Assembly (NCBI GenBank): GCA_964641255.1
Contig: CAZXMM010000001.1
Location: 601,984 to 665,983, forward strand
Reading direction: 5' to 3'
Length of the DNA: 64,000 bases
From: an uncultured Gammaproteobacteria bacterium
GTDB lineage: Bacteria > Patescibacteriota > Microgenomatia > JAMCZE01
Shown: in pieces, positions 9,456-18,329 of the stretch
Numbering within the stretch: the first letter of the stretch is position 1
Layout: every line of letters begins with the position of its first letter
Made by a program: the position numbers and the translations under genes
The notes under the pieces: generated by a model
Told to the model about the DNA's origin: nothing
Databases searched by the model: none
Seen by the model: the letters and a program-made list of their open reading frames with translations, nothing else

Positions 9456-9815
9456 CTAGACAACCTGTTCACAGGTGCCATCAAGATGAAGATAGTACCC
9501 CGTAACGATTAGGTCGGGGTATTTAGCCAAGATGGTATCCTTAGCAACTCCCAGGTCGGCGGCGTGTTTCTCGGGGGTACTTTCAACTCCATAGGCGCCA
9601 CACTCTTCGTGATGAATTAACACTATTTGCTTGACATCGTGAAGCCGGACGGAAATATCCACTTGCTTTAGGACAATCTCCAGGTCTTTACTGGCGCCAG
9701 CAAAACCTACCAAATCAAAGGTTTTATCCGGCAAGTTTTTATCGGTCCAAGCGCGGATAAACTTCTGAAAACGGAAGTCAATACAACAAACTACCAAAGC
9801 GTCACAAGTGTGCAT
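9456..9815 (-). CDS. Short beta-carbonic-anhydrase-like protein (probable start at internal Met)
   Basis: C-x-D-x-R (VCCIDFRF) and H-x-x-C (HHEECGA) motifs. Probable start at MHTCD; the longer upstream extension would overlap the next gene. Confidence 0.4.
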   Translation of the reverse strand: MHTCDALVVCCIDFRFQKFIRAWTDKNLPDKTFDLVGFAGASKDLEIVLKQVDISVRLHDVKQIVLIHHEECGAYGVESTPEKHAADLGVAKDTILAKYPDLIVTGYYLHLDGTCEQVV

Positions 9816-9900
9816 GAAATAAATTATAGCACGAAAGCCTTGACAACATCCCCATTTCCGCCTAAACTCTCTTCTTGTCCCAATATTATGGGACGTTTTT

Positions 9901-10767
9901 ATGGCTAATCTAGCTGAACAACCATCACAAAGAGAATGGGGAGTCGACCCCATGAAGGGAGTAAGGATTGCTGCTCATGCAGCGGCCGGTTTGATCCTGG
10001 GGGCAGCGGTACCCGCCGCTCTCTACGGGCTCTATAGGCTAGCTGGGGGAGAAGACGGTGACATCGCTCCCATACTTCACCATGCGGCAGAAACCATTAC
10101 CAATCCGGATACGCCGTTTATTCTTGGGGTTGGAGTAGGTGTAGCTAAAAACGCTGCTCTCATGGGATTAGTTCTTCACCACCTTTCTGCACCTGGCAAA
10201 GTAGCAGAAGGGAGCCTAAAACCCAATGAAGAAAAGCCTGACGGTACCAGGGTTTTTTACCTGCAGTGTGGGGACAGAAGAAGAAAAAGTAAAGATGGGG
10301 GGGTGGTCTTTGGCGGTTACGGACCCCTAGGGGCAGGCTTTAATGGGGTCTTACTAGGTCTAGCGGCTGACCATTTGGGTCAAGATACGCCAATTGGAAG
10401 ATTTTTGACTGGTTATTTCATGGCAGGAAATGCTTTATCTTTTTTACTGGGGCAGACTACCATGATTCAACAAATACTCGCTATTGACCGGGCTAATCCT
10501 GGGGAAAAATTACAATTTGTTATGAAAATTCATCGGGACGGTTGTGGCGCTGAAACTTGGACAGGACTTCTCAACTACGCACTTAAATGGTTGGGACATC
10601 ACGATACAGCCGCTGACGCTCTTGCCCTGCCCAATGAAGCGACAGGGTATGGGTATGTTAATGCAGTGCTGGGGCCACTAGTTTCTCAGCTAGGGACAAT
10701 GCTCGGGCGAAACTGGGAGCTGTCCGCAAGTATAGAACCCTCCCAAGTAGGACCGCCGAGAAAATAG
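9901..10767 (+). CDS. Hypothetical protein (GC-rich gene, Gly/Ala-rich)
   Basis: ORF track. Local GC about 55-60 percent versus about 45 percent upstream. Confidence 0.4.
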   Translation: MANLAEQPSQREWGVDPMKGVRIAAHAAAGLILGAAVPAALYGLYRLAGGEDGDIAPILHHAAETITNPDTPFILGVGVGVAKNAALMGLVLHHLSAPGKVAEGSLKPNEEKPDGTRVFYLQCGDRRRKSKDGGVVFGGYGPLGAGFNGVLLGLAADHLGQDTPIGRFLTGYFMAGNALSFLLGQTTMIQQILAIDRANPGEKLQFVMKIHRDGCGAETWTGLLNYALKWLGHHDTAADALALPNEATGYGYVNAVLGPLVSQLGTMLGRNWELSASIEPSQVGPPRK

Positions 10768-10813
10768 ATTGCCACAAGTTTGACTATTAAACTTAGTGAG
10801 CCTATAATAAAGC

Positions 10814-11425
10814 ATGGCAAGTGAACTCCCGTATGCAAGGTATACTAACAATCTAGAACTCAGAGAGGTTGGGAACATTTACTTTGGAAAAGAATTTATT
10901 ACTTCTGACGATCTTCGACAAGATAGGGAGGCGTGGGGCGGTCTCAATGCTTTGTGCCATCTCTGGGATAAGCCCAGTTACACGCCTTTGCCTGGATATA
11001 ATTTGAGACCAGTCAAGCCGCCACTTGAGAGGCTGAGAGGACTTCTTTTGCGAAGAAGGGCGCCAGAGCACGCAACCCTTTCAGACGCAGCTGTTTTACG
11101 AATGCTTCTTTTTGGATACGTTCCAGTTACCCTTATTGGAGAAGGCGAAGATTGCTCTCTAATTGCGAGCTTGACAAAATATTCTCTCCCTAATGAGGCC
11201 AGAGAGGTTTACGGACTACACTTAAGACCCAAAAAGGGGAAGCTAACAATTGTCCCACCCCAAGTGCGAACGCAACGAACAGTAGCGGTAGATAGGTACA
11301 TAGAAGGTTCTAGTGGCATTGATATGGTAACGGGTAAAGGTACATTACGAATGCGAATAGATTTTACTCCAGGCGGACCAAGGCGAATTTTCAAGGCACC
11401 TGAGGCATACTTTCGAAGAAATTAA
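10814..11425 (+). CDS. Hypothetical protein
   Basis: ORF track. Same strand as the array and GC-rich. Confidence 0.35.
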   Translation: MASELPYARYTNNLELREVGNIYFGKEFITSDDLRQDREAWGGLNALCHLWDKPSYTPLPGYNLRPVKPPLERLRGLLLRRRAPEHATLSDAAVLRMLLFGYVPVTLIGEGEDCSLIASLTKYSLPNEAREVYGLHLRPKKGKLTIVPPQVRTQRTVAVDRYIEGSSGIDMVTGKGTLRMRIDFTPGGPRRIFKAPEAYFRRN

Positions 11426-11663
11426 CTCCACCCTTAATTTTCGGTATAAACTTTGGCTTAAAAGAAGCCCAAGCACATAAGGTAACTTAAAGTGGGTCAC
11501 ACCATAAAGATTTATGGGACTTACGGAAAGGGATATTCGAGAATTTCAGAGACGAGAGGATTCTGCATGGTGACCAAAGAGACTGGAAGCTAAATTATAT
11601 ACTGAACTACTGCATGTTTGCGACCTCGCACGTGTAGACCCACAGGGTAAAACGGCACTAGAT

Positions 11664-12137
11664 GTGGGGTGTTCAGAAGCAAACTTTTACCCCTATTGGC
11701 AAGCCATTGGTGGCGATCGCTACATTGGCATTGATGTTAGCAAGCCAGATATCAGAGTAGCGGCTACCAGGTATCCTGAGGGGCAATTTGTTAATGGTGA
11801 ATTTTTAACTTCCACTATTGGGGATTCCGTTGACTTTGTATTTCTAAGTGGCGTAGCCTGGTCAAGAGTTGAAAACTATAGTCCTAACGAATATCTTCTG
11901 CTTCTATTAGGAAAGGCCGCGTCAATTGCTAATGCAGGAATAGCGTTTAACTATTCCGTTGGAGCAGATAGTAAACGGATTCCTAGCTACAAGTCAGCGG
12001 ATGTATCTAAAATTTGTCGATTAGCTGCACCGCAGTGGAAATCAACCAAAAGAAGCCTAGGCTTTAGGACGAATATTGAAACAGCTTATCTTTTTAAGCC
12101 CACTAGGTCTCGGATTTTTACCCTGCCAGCTTTTTAA
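11664..12137 (+). CDS. Class I SAM-dependent methyltransferase. The N-terminus probably lies upstream (non-ATG start or frameshift).
   Basis: In-frame upstream translation gives ...GKTALDVGCSEANF...YIGIDVS (motif I, LDVGCG-like), which lies before the tracked GTG start. An in-frame TGA sits at 11571. Confidence 0.45.
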   Translation: MGCSEANFYPYWQAIGGDRYIGIDVSKPDIRVAATRYPEGQFVNGEFLTSTIGDSVDFVFLSGVAWSRVENYSPNEYLLLLLGKAASIANAGIAFNYSVGADSKRIPSYKSADVSKICRLAAPQWKSTKRSLGFRTNIETAYLFKPTRSRIFTLPAF

Positions 12138-12217
12138 AAAGGTCAGCCGCTGCACTTCAAAGTAGTCTGTACCAACCCCAGTTTTACTTCAACATATATC
12201 TTATAGTAGAATAACTA
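12138..12217 (+). repeat. Intergenic module copy U1 (degenerate 5' box, intact 3' box)
   Basis: 3' end TACTTCAACATATATCTTATAGTAGAATAACTAATG matches the 3' box consensus. Confidence 0.5.
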
Positions 12218-12586
12218 ATGGGCAAATTGGAGAATCCTGTCTGCCAGCCATGTCAGATCTTCGAAAGATGTAAAATCCGCAATCCAAAAGTTGCCAAGTG
12301 GGGATATGAACCTGCTATCTGGGACGACTGCGCTTATTTTACTTGTCTGCCTGCTTTGAGACACGCAGGGAAAGAATTAAATTCCGGGCGGCCCTTTAGA
12401 AGGTACAGCCTTTCCAACGGCAACACAATATTAGCCCTTAGTTTCGATACTCCCGATAAAGAAACTCGTCTCTTTTTCCAAGAAAAGTTGTTTCTCGCGA
12501 TGGAACAATTTATGGAGAAACAGGGAGGGGTTTTGAAAAAACAGGGCAGAAAACTTTTCCTCAATAAAGTGCACCCGGATCGATGA
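12218..12586 (+). CDS. Hypothetical cassette protein (122 aa)
   Basis: ORF starts directly after the 3' box. Confidence 0.4.
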   Translation: MGKLENPVCQPCQIFERCKIRNPKVAKWGYEPAIWDDCAYFTCLPALRHAGKELNSGRPFRRYSLSNGNTILALSFDTPDKETRLFFQEKLFLAMEQFMEKQGGVLKKQGRKLFLNKVHPDR

Positions 12587-12599
12587 ATCAGAGCTAGAA

Positions 12600-12896
12600 T
12601 TATTGCCTCACAGATAGAGAAAAAATTATCCTAGGATTGGGAAGTTTGCCGTGGAACTCCAAATCAGCAACCTCTCTACCTTCTCCATCTCGCACAGCAT
12701 ATAGTGGATGGCCGCCGTAGGGTTTGCCATCAGCTGTGACTTGGATTGCTGTATCTAAATGATGCTTGGCAACATTTACCACATGTTGGCTACTGGCATC
12801 GGTTACTATCTGACGAAGAGTACTAGGAACTGCTTCAAAATACGTGTTAAAAACACAGTCTCTATGGCTTTCGCATGTAATGCTGTATCTCGACAT
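12600..12896 (-). CDS. Hypothetical protein (98 aa), the only opposite-strand ORF in the array
   Basis: ORF track only. Confidence 0.25.
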   Translation of the reverse strand: MSRYSITCESHRDCVFNTYFEAVPSTLRQIVTDASSQHVVNVAKHHLDTAIQVTADGKPYGGHPLYAVRDGEGREVADLEFHGKLPNPRIIFSLSVRQ

Positions 12897-13233
12897 ATAT
12901 CCAAATTATATCTTTTTTATGAAGGAAATAAAGTATTATAGGTTGAGTTCTTTAGTTATTAGGAATTTTAGTTTTAGTAGCTTCAACGAAGAGTCAGATA
13001 AGGCTAATTTTGCGACGGAATGTACCTGTCCGGTTAAACAGAAGTTAATGAATTAAGTCTATCTCCACGTCTTGGGATCACGCTGGTTTCGTGGTCTCGT
13101 ATCTCTCCAGTCCGGATACACGCGACCGGATATAGCGCCTAACAGAAAAGTAATGACCATTCGTACAATTCTTGCCCTGACGCTTTCTTCACCCCACACC
13201 GGTAATTTGCCTTTTCTTGCCATACTCATTCAT

Positions 13234-13438
13234 TTTGCACATCTGGAGCGAGGAATCTTGAACATCTGGAACCGCTTAGTGAATCGATAATTTCACCATA
13301 GAATTTAACTAAATTCGACCAAAAGCCTTTCTGCCAAACATACGTATTATATTTTCTAGTAATTCAATTTTCCTCATTGGTCGTTCTCTGTACTTCATTA
13401 TCTTGTTATTGAACTTAACTTTCTGTTAAGCTGCTAAT
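13234..13438 (+). repeat. Intergenic module copy U2 (5' box variant with ATCTGG insertion; 3' box absent)
   Basis: TTTGCACATCTGGAGCGAGGAATCTTGAACATCTGG. Confidence 0.55.
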
Positions 13439-14227
13439 ATGGTGGATCAAGGCGACTCTTCAAAAAAAATCAATCTGGAGGGGGGAAAAGATGATGAAAC
13501 GTGGGATCAAAACATGTTTCGTGAATACCAGATTGCTTTAGCCGGCGGACGTAAGTTTCTTCTTCCTCTACGTGAATATCCAGGTTTTATTGCCCCAAGT
13601 GAAGAAGGTTATCATTCCTTTATGGATCAAATGCGAGTAGAAAGCGAAAGGGGGGAGCAACTAAATATGACTGGTGTAGATTCTCAGCAACGAAAAGCGC
13701 TTATGAGATCGATTGCCATCCCTGGGGATGTGGACCATGTCTCAGTGGATATCATTCGCAAGGCAATTCAGGAGGCTCGTGATACGGGGAATGTTGATCA
13801 AATCGTGGCAATATACCACTCCCACCCGAGACAACTTCCTTTTCTATGGAGTACTTTGCCGGAGCTTTCAGAATCACGCTCGGCTTATTCGCCGGGGGAT
13901 TTATACTCACTAGTTAATCGAGTTGATTCTTTAGCAATGGCTGGACTAGTAGAGGGAGCTGATAACCTATTGGTATTCAAATCTAGAGAAACAGTCGCAA
14001 CAGAGGTTGACCCATTAATTACGGACTTCGACGCCTTTGAGAGGCACTGGTTTGAAACATATGGCTACGAATATTTAGGATCAGCCTCCAAACTCCATTC
14101 GAAACGAGCTCGGGCCTGGTCTAAAAACGCTGATTTATGGCAAATGAACCTTGGAATCGCAGCTAGACATCGATTAGTCGTGTATAGGGGTTTCAGTAGA
14201 CAAAACCTAGAAAGAGTTTTTCCCTAA
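13439..14227 (+). CDS. Hypothetical protein with divergent JAB/MPN-like HxH...SxxD motif
   Basis: IVAIYHSHPRQLPFLWSTLPELSESRSAYSPGDL. The HSH and SPGD spacing is non-canonical. Confidence 0.4.
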   Translation: MVDQGDSSKKINLEGGKDDETWDQNMFREYQIALAGGRKFLLPLREYPGFIAPSEEGYHSFMDQMRVESERGEQLNMTGVDSQQRKALMRSIAIPGDVDHVSVDIIRKAIQEARDTGNVDQIVAIYHSHPRQLPFLWSTLPELSESRSAYSPGDLYSLVNRVDSLAMAGLVEGADNLLVFKSRETVATEVDPLITDFDAFERHWFETYGYEYLGSASKLHSKRARAWSKNADLWQMNLGIAARHRLVVYRGFSRQNLERVFP

Positions 14228-14246
14228 AGCTAACTAGAAAAAATAT

Positions 14247-14385
14247 GCAACCGGAGCAGGGAACCTTGAACTTCTGGCAGAACTCATTGTTTTAAGCACA
14301 ACTTCTTTCAAATTAGCTTCAATTAGTGAACTGGGGTTTGCTTCGAGGTGTGTCTTATAGTATTATAGCGATACTAATACATCCT
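14247..14385 (+). repeat. Intergenic module copy U3 (partial 5' box, variant 3' box)
   Basis: TGCAACCGGAGCAGGGAACCTTGAACTTCTGG ... GTGTGTCTTATAGTATTATAGCGATACTAATACATCCTATG. Confidence 0.55.
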
Positions 14386-14532
14386 ATGAAACTTTTAGAG
14401 CAATTATTGGGAAGAGCCCCAGAACAAATCGAGATAGCGGGACATATTGCTGACTCTATATCAGCCCAGCAACAATTACAAAGAATTGCGAGAGAGGATG
14501 GTGATGTCGAATTACTACTTCAATCTACTTAG
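14386..14532 (+). CDS. Small hypothetical protein (48 aa from the ATG after the 3' box; the tracked ORF begins at GTG 14326 inside the box)
   Basis: MKLLEQLLGRAPEQIEIAGHIADSISAQQQLQRIAREDGDVELLLQST. Confidence 0.3.
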   Translation: MKLLEQLLGRAPEQIEIAGHIADSISAQQQLQRIAREDGDVELLLQST

Positions 14533-14620
14533 CGTATTCAAGATTTAAAACGGCAAGCTCGGGAGGAGGGATTGGATCCAGAAGATTTTCCCGGCATTTA
14601 TAAAACATAAGCTGCCTAAT

Positions 14621-14653
14621 TGTGCACCTGGAGCGAAGAGTCTTGAACTTCTA
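14621..14653 (+). repeat. Intergenic module copy U4 (5' box only; the downstream slot has no clear ORF)
   Basis: TGTGCACCTGGAGCGAAGAGTCTTGAACTTCT. Confidence 0.6.
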
Positions 14654-15633
14654 AAACCACTACTTGAAACAATAATTCCAAGCATGGATTCGCCAAGATT
14701 CCATCTAGAAACTTTTCCAACACCAAGAATCGAGGCTATTGATTACATTTCTTGAAGACTTGTCGAGTAATCTCCCAGCAAGAGTTGTCTCCGGTTTTTA
14801 ACTTAGTAATGCTCTTACTTCTTCAATACTTTAACTCTTCTTCCCCTAATTGCGCAGGCTTGACCCAGGTTGCATCCATTCGTTCTACAAAATTCGTCGA
14901 CCGCCTCGTCCACAACACGCGCTAATTTTTGGGTAGTTTCTGGATATGCATTTAATTCAAGTACGGCGGGCTTGAGGTCGATACTAGTAGCTGCAAAAAT
15001 AAGTTTTGGCTCCGAAGAGTCCGGCTCATTGTCATTTACAAGCTCAAAATTTATTGGCGTTATTGTTAAATACTCGGTACCCGTGAGACAAAAGGCTGAA
15101 AAGGGTTCATCCGCAATTTGAATATGCTCAGTATGATAAGAACCTTCATCTTACTGTTGCAATGCTTGAGTGTCCAATTCCTTTGCCATTCCTAGTTATA
15201 CCATGGGGGCTACTCTTGGTAGTATTACGGGCGGGTTCCATACACTCGATGTTGACTTACGCAACCAAGAGATTGATTTTTTAAGTAAGGCCCAAATTGC
15301 TATAATTGCGTATGACTTGGAAAGACGGGTTGCAAATAATCGGAGAGGTGAAAGAAGTTTGCAATTATGGAGGACCACTACTTTCGCCACTAGATGAGGA
15401 GGGCAGAAAAGCCCCAAGGGACGATGCTTCTAGTACTATCTTTTGTATGCCTAAGCTATTCGCAGCGGTACAGTCACGTGACACGCGTTGCTTTCTGCTA
15501 GCTGGCGGTGTGTGCCCTCGTGGATACCTAGAAAAAAATTTTCCATTAGAACTTCGAAGCCGCCTCACGAAGGAGCGTTAATTTATGGACCCGCAGAAAA
15601 AACAAGAAGCCTGCTTTATAAAGCTAAAAACAC

Positions 15634-15758
15634 TGTGCACCTGGAGCGATGAGTCTTGAACTTCTAGTTGAGAGCATAGTGCTAAACACAATTATCTTCG
15701 ATTTACCTTCAAACAAGCAGAATTTTACTTCAAGATATATCTTATAGTATAATGAGGG
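15634..15758 (+). repeat. Intergenic module copy U5 (complete)
   Basis: TGTGCACCTGGAGCGATGAGTCTTGAACTTCT ... TTTTACTTCAAGATATATCTTATAGTATAATGAGGG followed by ATG. Confidence 0.7.
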
Positions 15759-16262
15759 ATGGGGTATTCGGACGCAGAAAGATGCAGAATTCAATTGGAG
15801 AAAAGTAGTGCCCGCTCTCGGCTCACCATATGCTCTCCATATGCTACGGATTGTATTTTGCCCTTCTCACTTACAGATGAGGCTACAAATGACTGGTACT
15901 TTGCTGCATATATGGGTTATGGCACTTTGACCCATCACATCCTGAGTGATTTAGCTCATAAAAGTCTAATTGACTATATAAGGCATAAACATCCATCAGG
16001 AGATCTTAAAAAAGTAGTAGAAACAGTCCACAGTCGAATAAATCAAGCAGAAATTGGAGTGATCTTTACAGAACAACATAGTGCTCAATATGACCATGCA
16101 TTTTCTGTGAAGAAATCGTTAAAAGGAGGCTTACTACTTTTCGATTTACATCAACCGGTACCTCAAAACGTTACTTTGAGCGATATTGTTGCCAGAGTTG
16201 TTAATAGAGGCAGCCCAAATCGGGACATGTTTGTAGTTAATAAAGGGAAAAGGCTACGCTAA
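15759..16262 (+). CDS. Hypothetical cassette protein (167 aa)
   Basis: ORF track. Start is 5 nt after the 3' box. Confidence 0.4.
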   Translation: MGYSDAERCRIQLEKSSARSRLTICSPYATDCILPFSLTDEATNDWYFAAYMGYGTLTHHILSDLAHKSLIDYIRHKHPSGDLKKVVETVHSRINQAEIGVIFTEQHSAQYDHAFSVKKSLKGGLLLFDLHQPVPQNVTLSDIVARVVNRGSPNRDMFVVNKGKRLR

Positions 16263-16284
16263 AATAAAGTAACAACTTTTTAAT

Positions 16285-16419
16285 TGTGCACCCGGAGCGA
16301 TTAGTCTTGAACTACTGAAATCGCTTGCGGAATCAGTACTTTTAAAGTGGAAAGTTCCTACGTTTAGCTTAGAATGCAGTGAGTTTGCTTCAAGATATGT
16401 CTTATAGTATAATGGGGTT
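16285..16419 (+). repeat. Intergenic module copy U6 (complete)
   Basis: TGTGCACCCGGAGCGATTAGTCTTGAACTACT ... GAGTTTGCTTCAAGATATGTCTTATAGTATAATGGGGTT followed by ATG. Contains a GTCTTGAA / TTCAAGAT inverted repeat. Confidence 0.7.
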
Positions 16420-16779
16420 ATGGATGAAACTTATAAACCATGGGTAGTCTCATTTAGCGCAGACGGAATCTGTACACGAAAGGGCATATGCAAGTTGGCT
16501 GATATAGGAAGATGTAAATTTGGTACTAGGAGAGGAGCGCCTGTTCGAGGTAGTGCAGCAGCTGAAACTGCCGAAGTAGCCAGGGTATTTGCAGACGCCG
16601 ACTTACTAATAGACATTAAAACCGCTGAAGCTGAGCAACAAGAAATGTTTCCACGCTCAATTAAAAACGGGGAAGCCATTAGATGTGATATTCGGCCTCA
16701 CAATGTTGGATCATTGATGCAAAATACTGCAACGGGTGATAGGTACGCGTTGATTAAAGGGCGCTACACTAGAATATAG
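16420..16779 (+). CDS. Hypothetical cassette protein (119 aa)
   Basis: ORF track. Confidence 0.4.
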   Translation: MDETYKPWVVSFSADGICTRKGICKLADIGRCKFGTRRGAPVRGSAAAETAEVARVFADADLLIDIKTAEAEQQEMFPRSIKNGEAIRCDIRPHNVGSLMQNTATGDRYALIKGRYTRI

Positions 16780-16797
16780 GTAGCAAAAAAGTTTGTT

Positions 16798-16924
16798 TGT
16801 GCACCTGGAGCGAGGAATCTTGAACTGCTTGCGGAGAATATAATACTAAGCACGATTTTTTTAAATTAGCTTCACCAATGAATCAGAATTTAGCCTTGCA
16901 TTATATCTTATAGTATAATGCGGC
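16798..16924 (+). repeat. Intergenic module copy U7 (complete)
   Basis: TGTGCACCTGGAGCGAGGAATCTTGAACTGCTTGCGGAG ... CCTTGCATTATATCTTATAGTATAATGCGGC followed by ATG. Confidence 0.7.
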
Positions 16925-17635
16925 ATGATAAACAGATCGCTGGAAATTGGTGTAGGAGGTTCCAATCATCTAGATATTTATGCTCAAGGAAAGGGACGTA
17001 AAGTCTTTGGAATTGATATACGTCAAGATGTAGCTGAAAGAAGAAAAAAAGATACTCCCAATGGGGTCTTCATTGTAGCTGATGCTCATAATTTACCTTT
17101 TGCTAGTGGCATATTTGATGAAGCTTTCGCAACAAACTCACTGGAGCATGTAGATAATCCTGGTCAAGTATTAAGGGAAGCACATCGAACTTTAAAGCAC
17201 AAAGGAAGAATCACTATAGACGTACCACATCCTCGCTATGATCGTGTAATGGGCTGGCTAGCAAACAAGGATGGTGCTTACCATAGAGAAACTCACAAAC
17301 AAGTTTTTAAACCACAAGAAATTTTCAATATCACACAAGAGGCTGGATTTAAAGTTACTGAGTTTTCTACCAGAATGTGGAAATCTGCTGTTAAGCTAAC
17401 TACACGGTGGCTCGTAGCACGTGCTCTTGGAAAACTTGATTATGATCCAGACACAGGAGAGCTGCTTTCCTTGCCTCCTGAAAGAAAAGGGATTGTTAGA
17501 CGAGAAGTAGACCGACTATTATGGTTATCCGAAAACAAGTCGGCTTCGCCTAAGAGGTACTATTTACTCTCACTCCTGCGATTACCAAATCTCATTTACC
17601 CTTGGGCAACTTATATTGAAGCTATTAAAGAATAG
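16925..17635 (+). CDS. Class I SAM-dependent methyltransferase (Methyltransf_11-like)
   Basis: LEIGVGGSNH (motif I-like), GIDIRQD, LPFASGIFDEAFATNSLEHVDNP, KHKGRITIDVP. Confidence 0.6.
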   Translation: MINRSLEIGVGGSNHLDIYAQGKGRKVFGIDIRQDVAERRKKDTPNGVFIVADAHNLPFASGIFDEAFATNSLEHVDNPGQVLREAHRTLKHKGRITIDVPHPRYDRVMGWLANKDGAYHRETHKQVFKPQEIFNITQEAGFKVTEFSTRMWKSAVKLTTRWLVARALGKLDYDPDTGELLSLPPERKGIVRREVDRLLWLSENKSASPKRYYLLSLLRLPNLIYPWATYIEAIKE

Positions 17636-17638
17636 TTT

Positions 17639-18118
17639 ATGAGGGCAAAAGATAAACCTACATTACTGGACCGAGAACTTGGTTTAGCAAAAAGAAGTTT
17701 AAAACGTATAAGCGCTACACCCATAGAAAAAAATGGCATTCCCTCGCTTATGTATAAAGCAGGCATTTTAATAGCGCAAAGACAAATTGAACAAGGGGGA
17801 CTGACGGCTGCCCGCATAGCTATTTCACGAAGAATTGTGAGAGAAAGAAGTTTATTAGATAATATGGCAATACAAAACCTTACTGAAGCATTAATACGAC
17901 CCATTAACAAACAGCATGCTGCCTTTTATTACGGAGTAGATGTGCTTTTATACCTAGAAGAGCTAGAACGAAAGTGGGAGAAATATGCTGACCGTCGTGA
18001 CTGGGATGAAAGGATGGAAGTAAGACGGGAGGTTGAGTTTTATTTAACAGGTGATCAAAACGCAGTGGGAAATAAAGATCCACGAGGTAGATTAGTTGAG
18101 ATGCTTGAAGAAGCCTAA
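17639..18118 (+). CDS. Hypothetical protein, co-cassette with the methyltransferase (no module between them)
   Basis: ORF track. 4-nt gap to the upstream gene. Confidence 0.45.
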   Translation: MRAKDKPTLLDRELGLAKRSLKRISATPIEKNGIPSLMYKAGILIAQRQIEQGGLTAARIAISRRIVRERSLLDNMAIQNLTEALIRPINKQHAAFYYGVDVLLYLEELERKWEKYADRRDWDERMEVRREVEFYLTGDQNAVGNKDPRGRLVEMLEEA

Positions 18119-18191
18119 GGAGAACTGTGGCCGTTTGAAAGTGGGCACAGGAAAAGTTTACTCGCTATATAAACCATCCGGAAGCTAATAT

Positions 18192-18329
18192 TGTGCACCT
18201 GGAGCGAACAGTCTTGAACTTCTCAAATCATCGGCTGAAGCAATAACTTCGAGCGCAACTTCATTTGAATTAGCTTCGGATTTTTCGAAAAGTTTTGATT
18301 TGGAGTATATCTTATAGTATAATGACCTT
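18192..18329 (+). repeat. Intergenic module copy U8 (complete)
   Basis: TGTGCACCTGGAGCGAACAGTCTTGAACTTCT ... TTGGAGTATATCTTATAGTATAATGACCTTGTG. Confidence 0.7.

Noticed and set aside
13072-13290. 72-aa ORF covering the 5' box of module U2
   Set aside because: In all other units the box is non-coding. The ORF lacks any SD or start context and is more parsimoniously spurious.
16285-16419. Hairpin between GTCTTGAAC in the 5' box and TTCAAGAT in the 3' box as a universal structural feature of the module
   Set aside because: The complementarity is present in U5 and U6 only. U7 and U8 replace the 3' partner, so it is not conserved.
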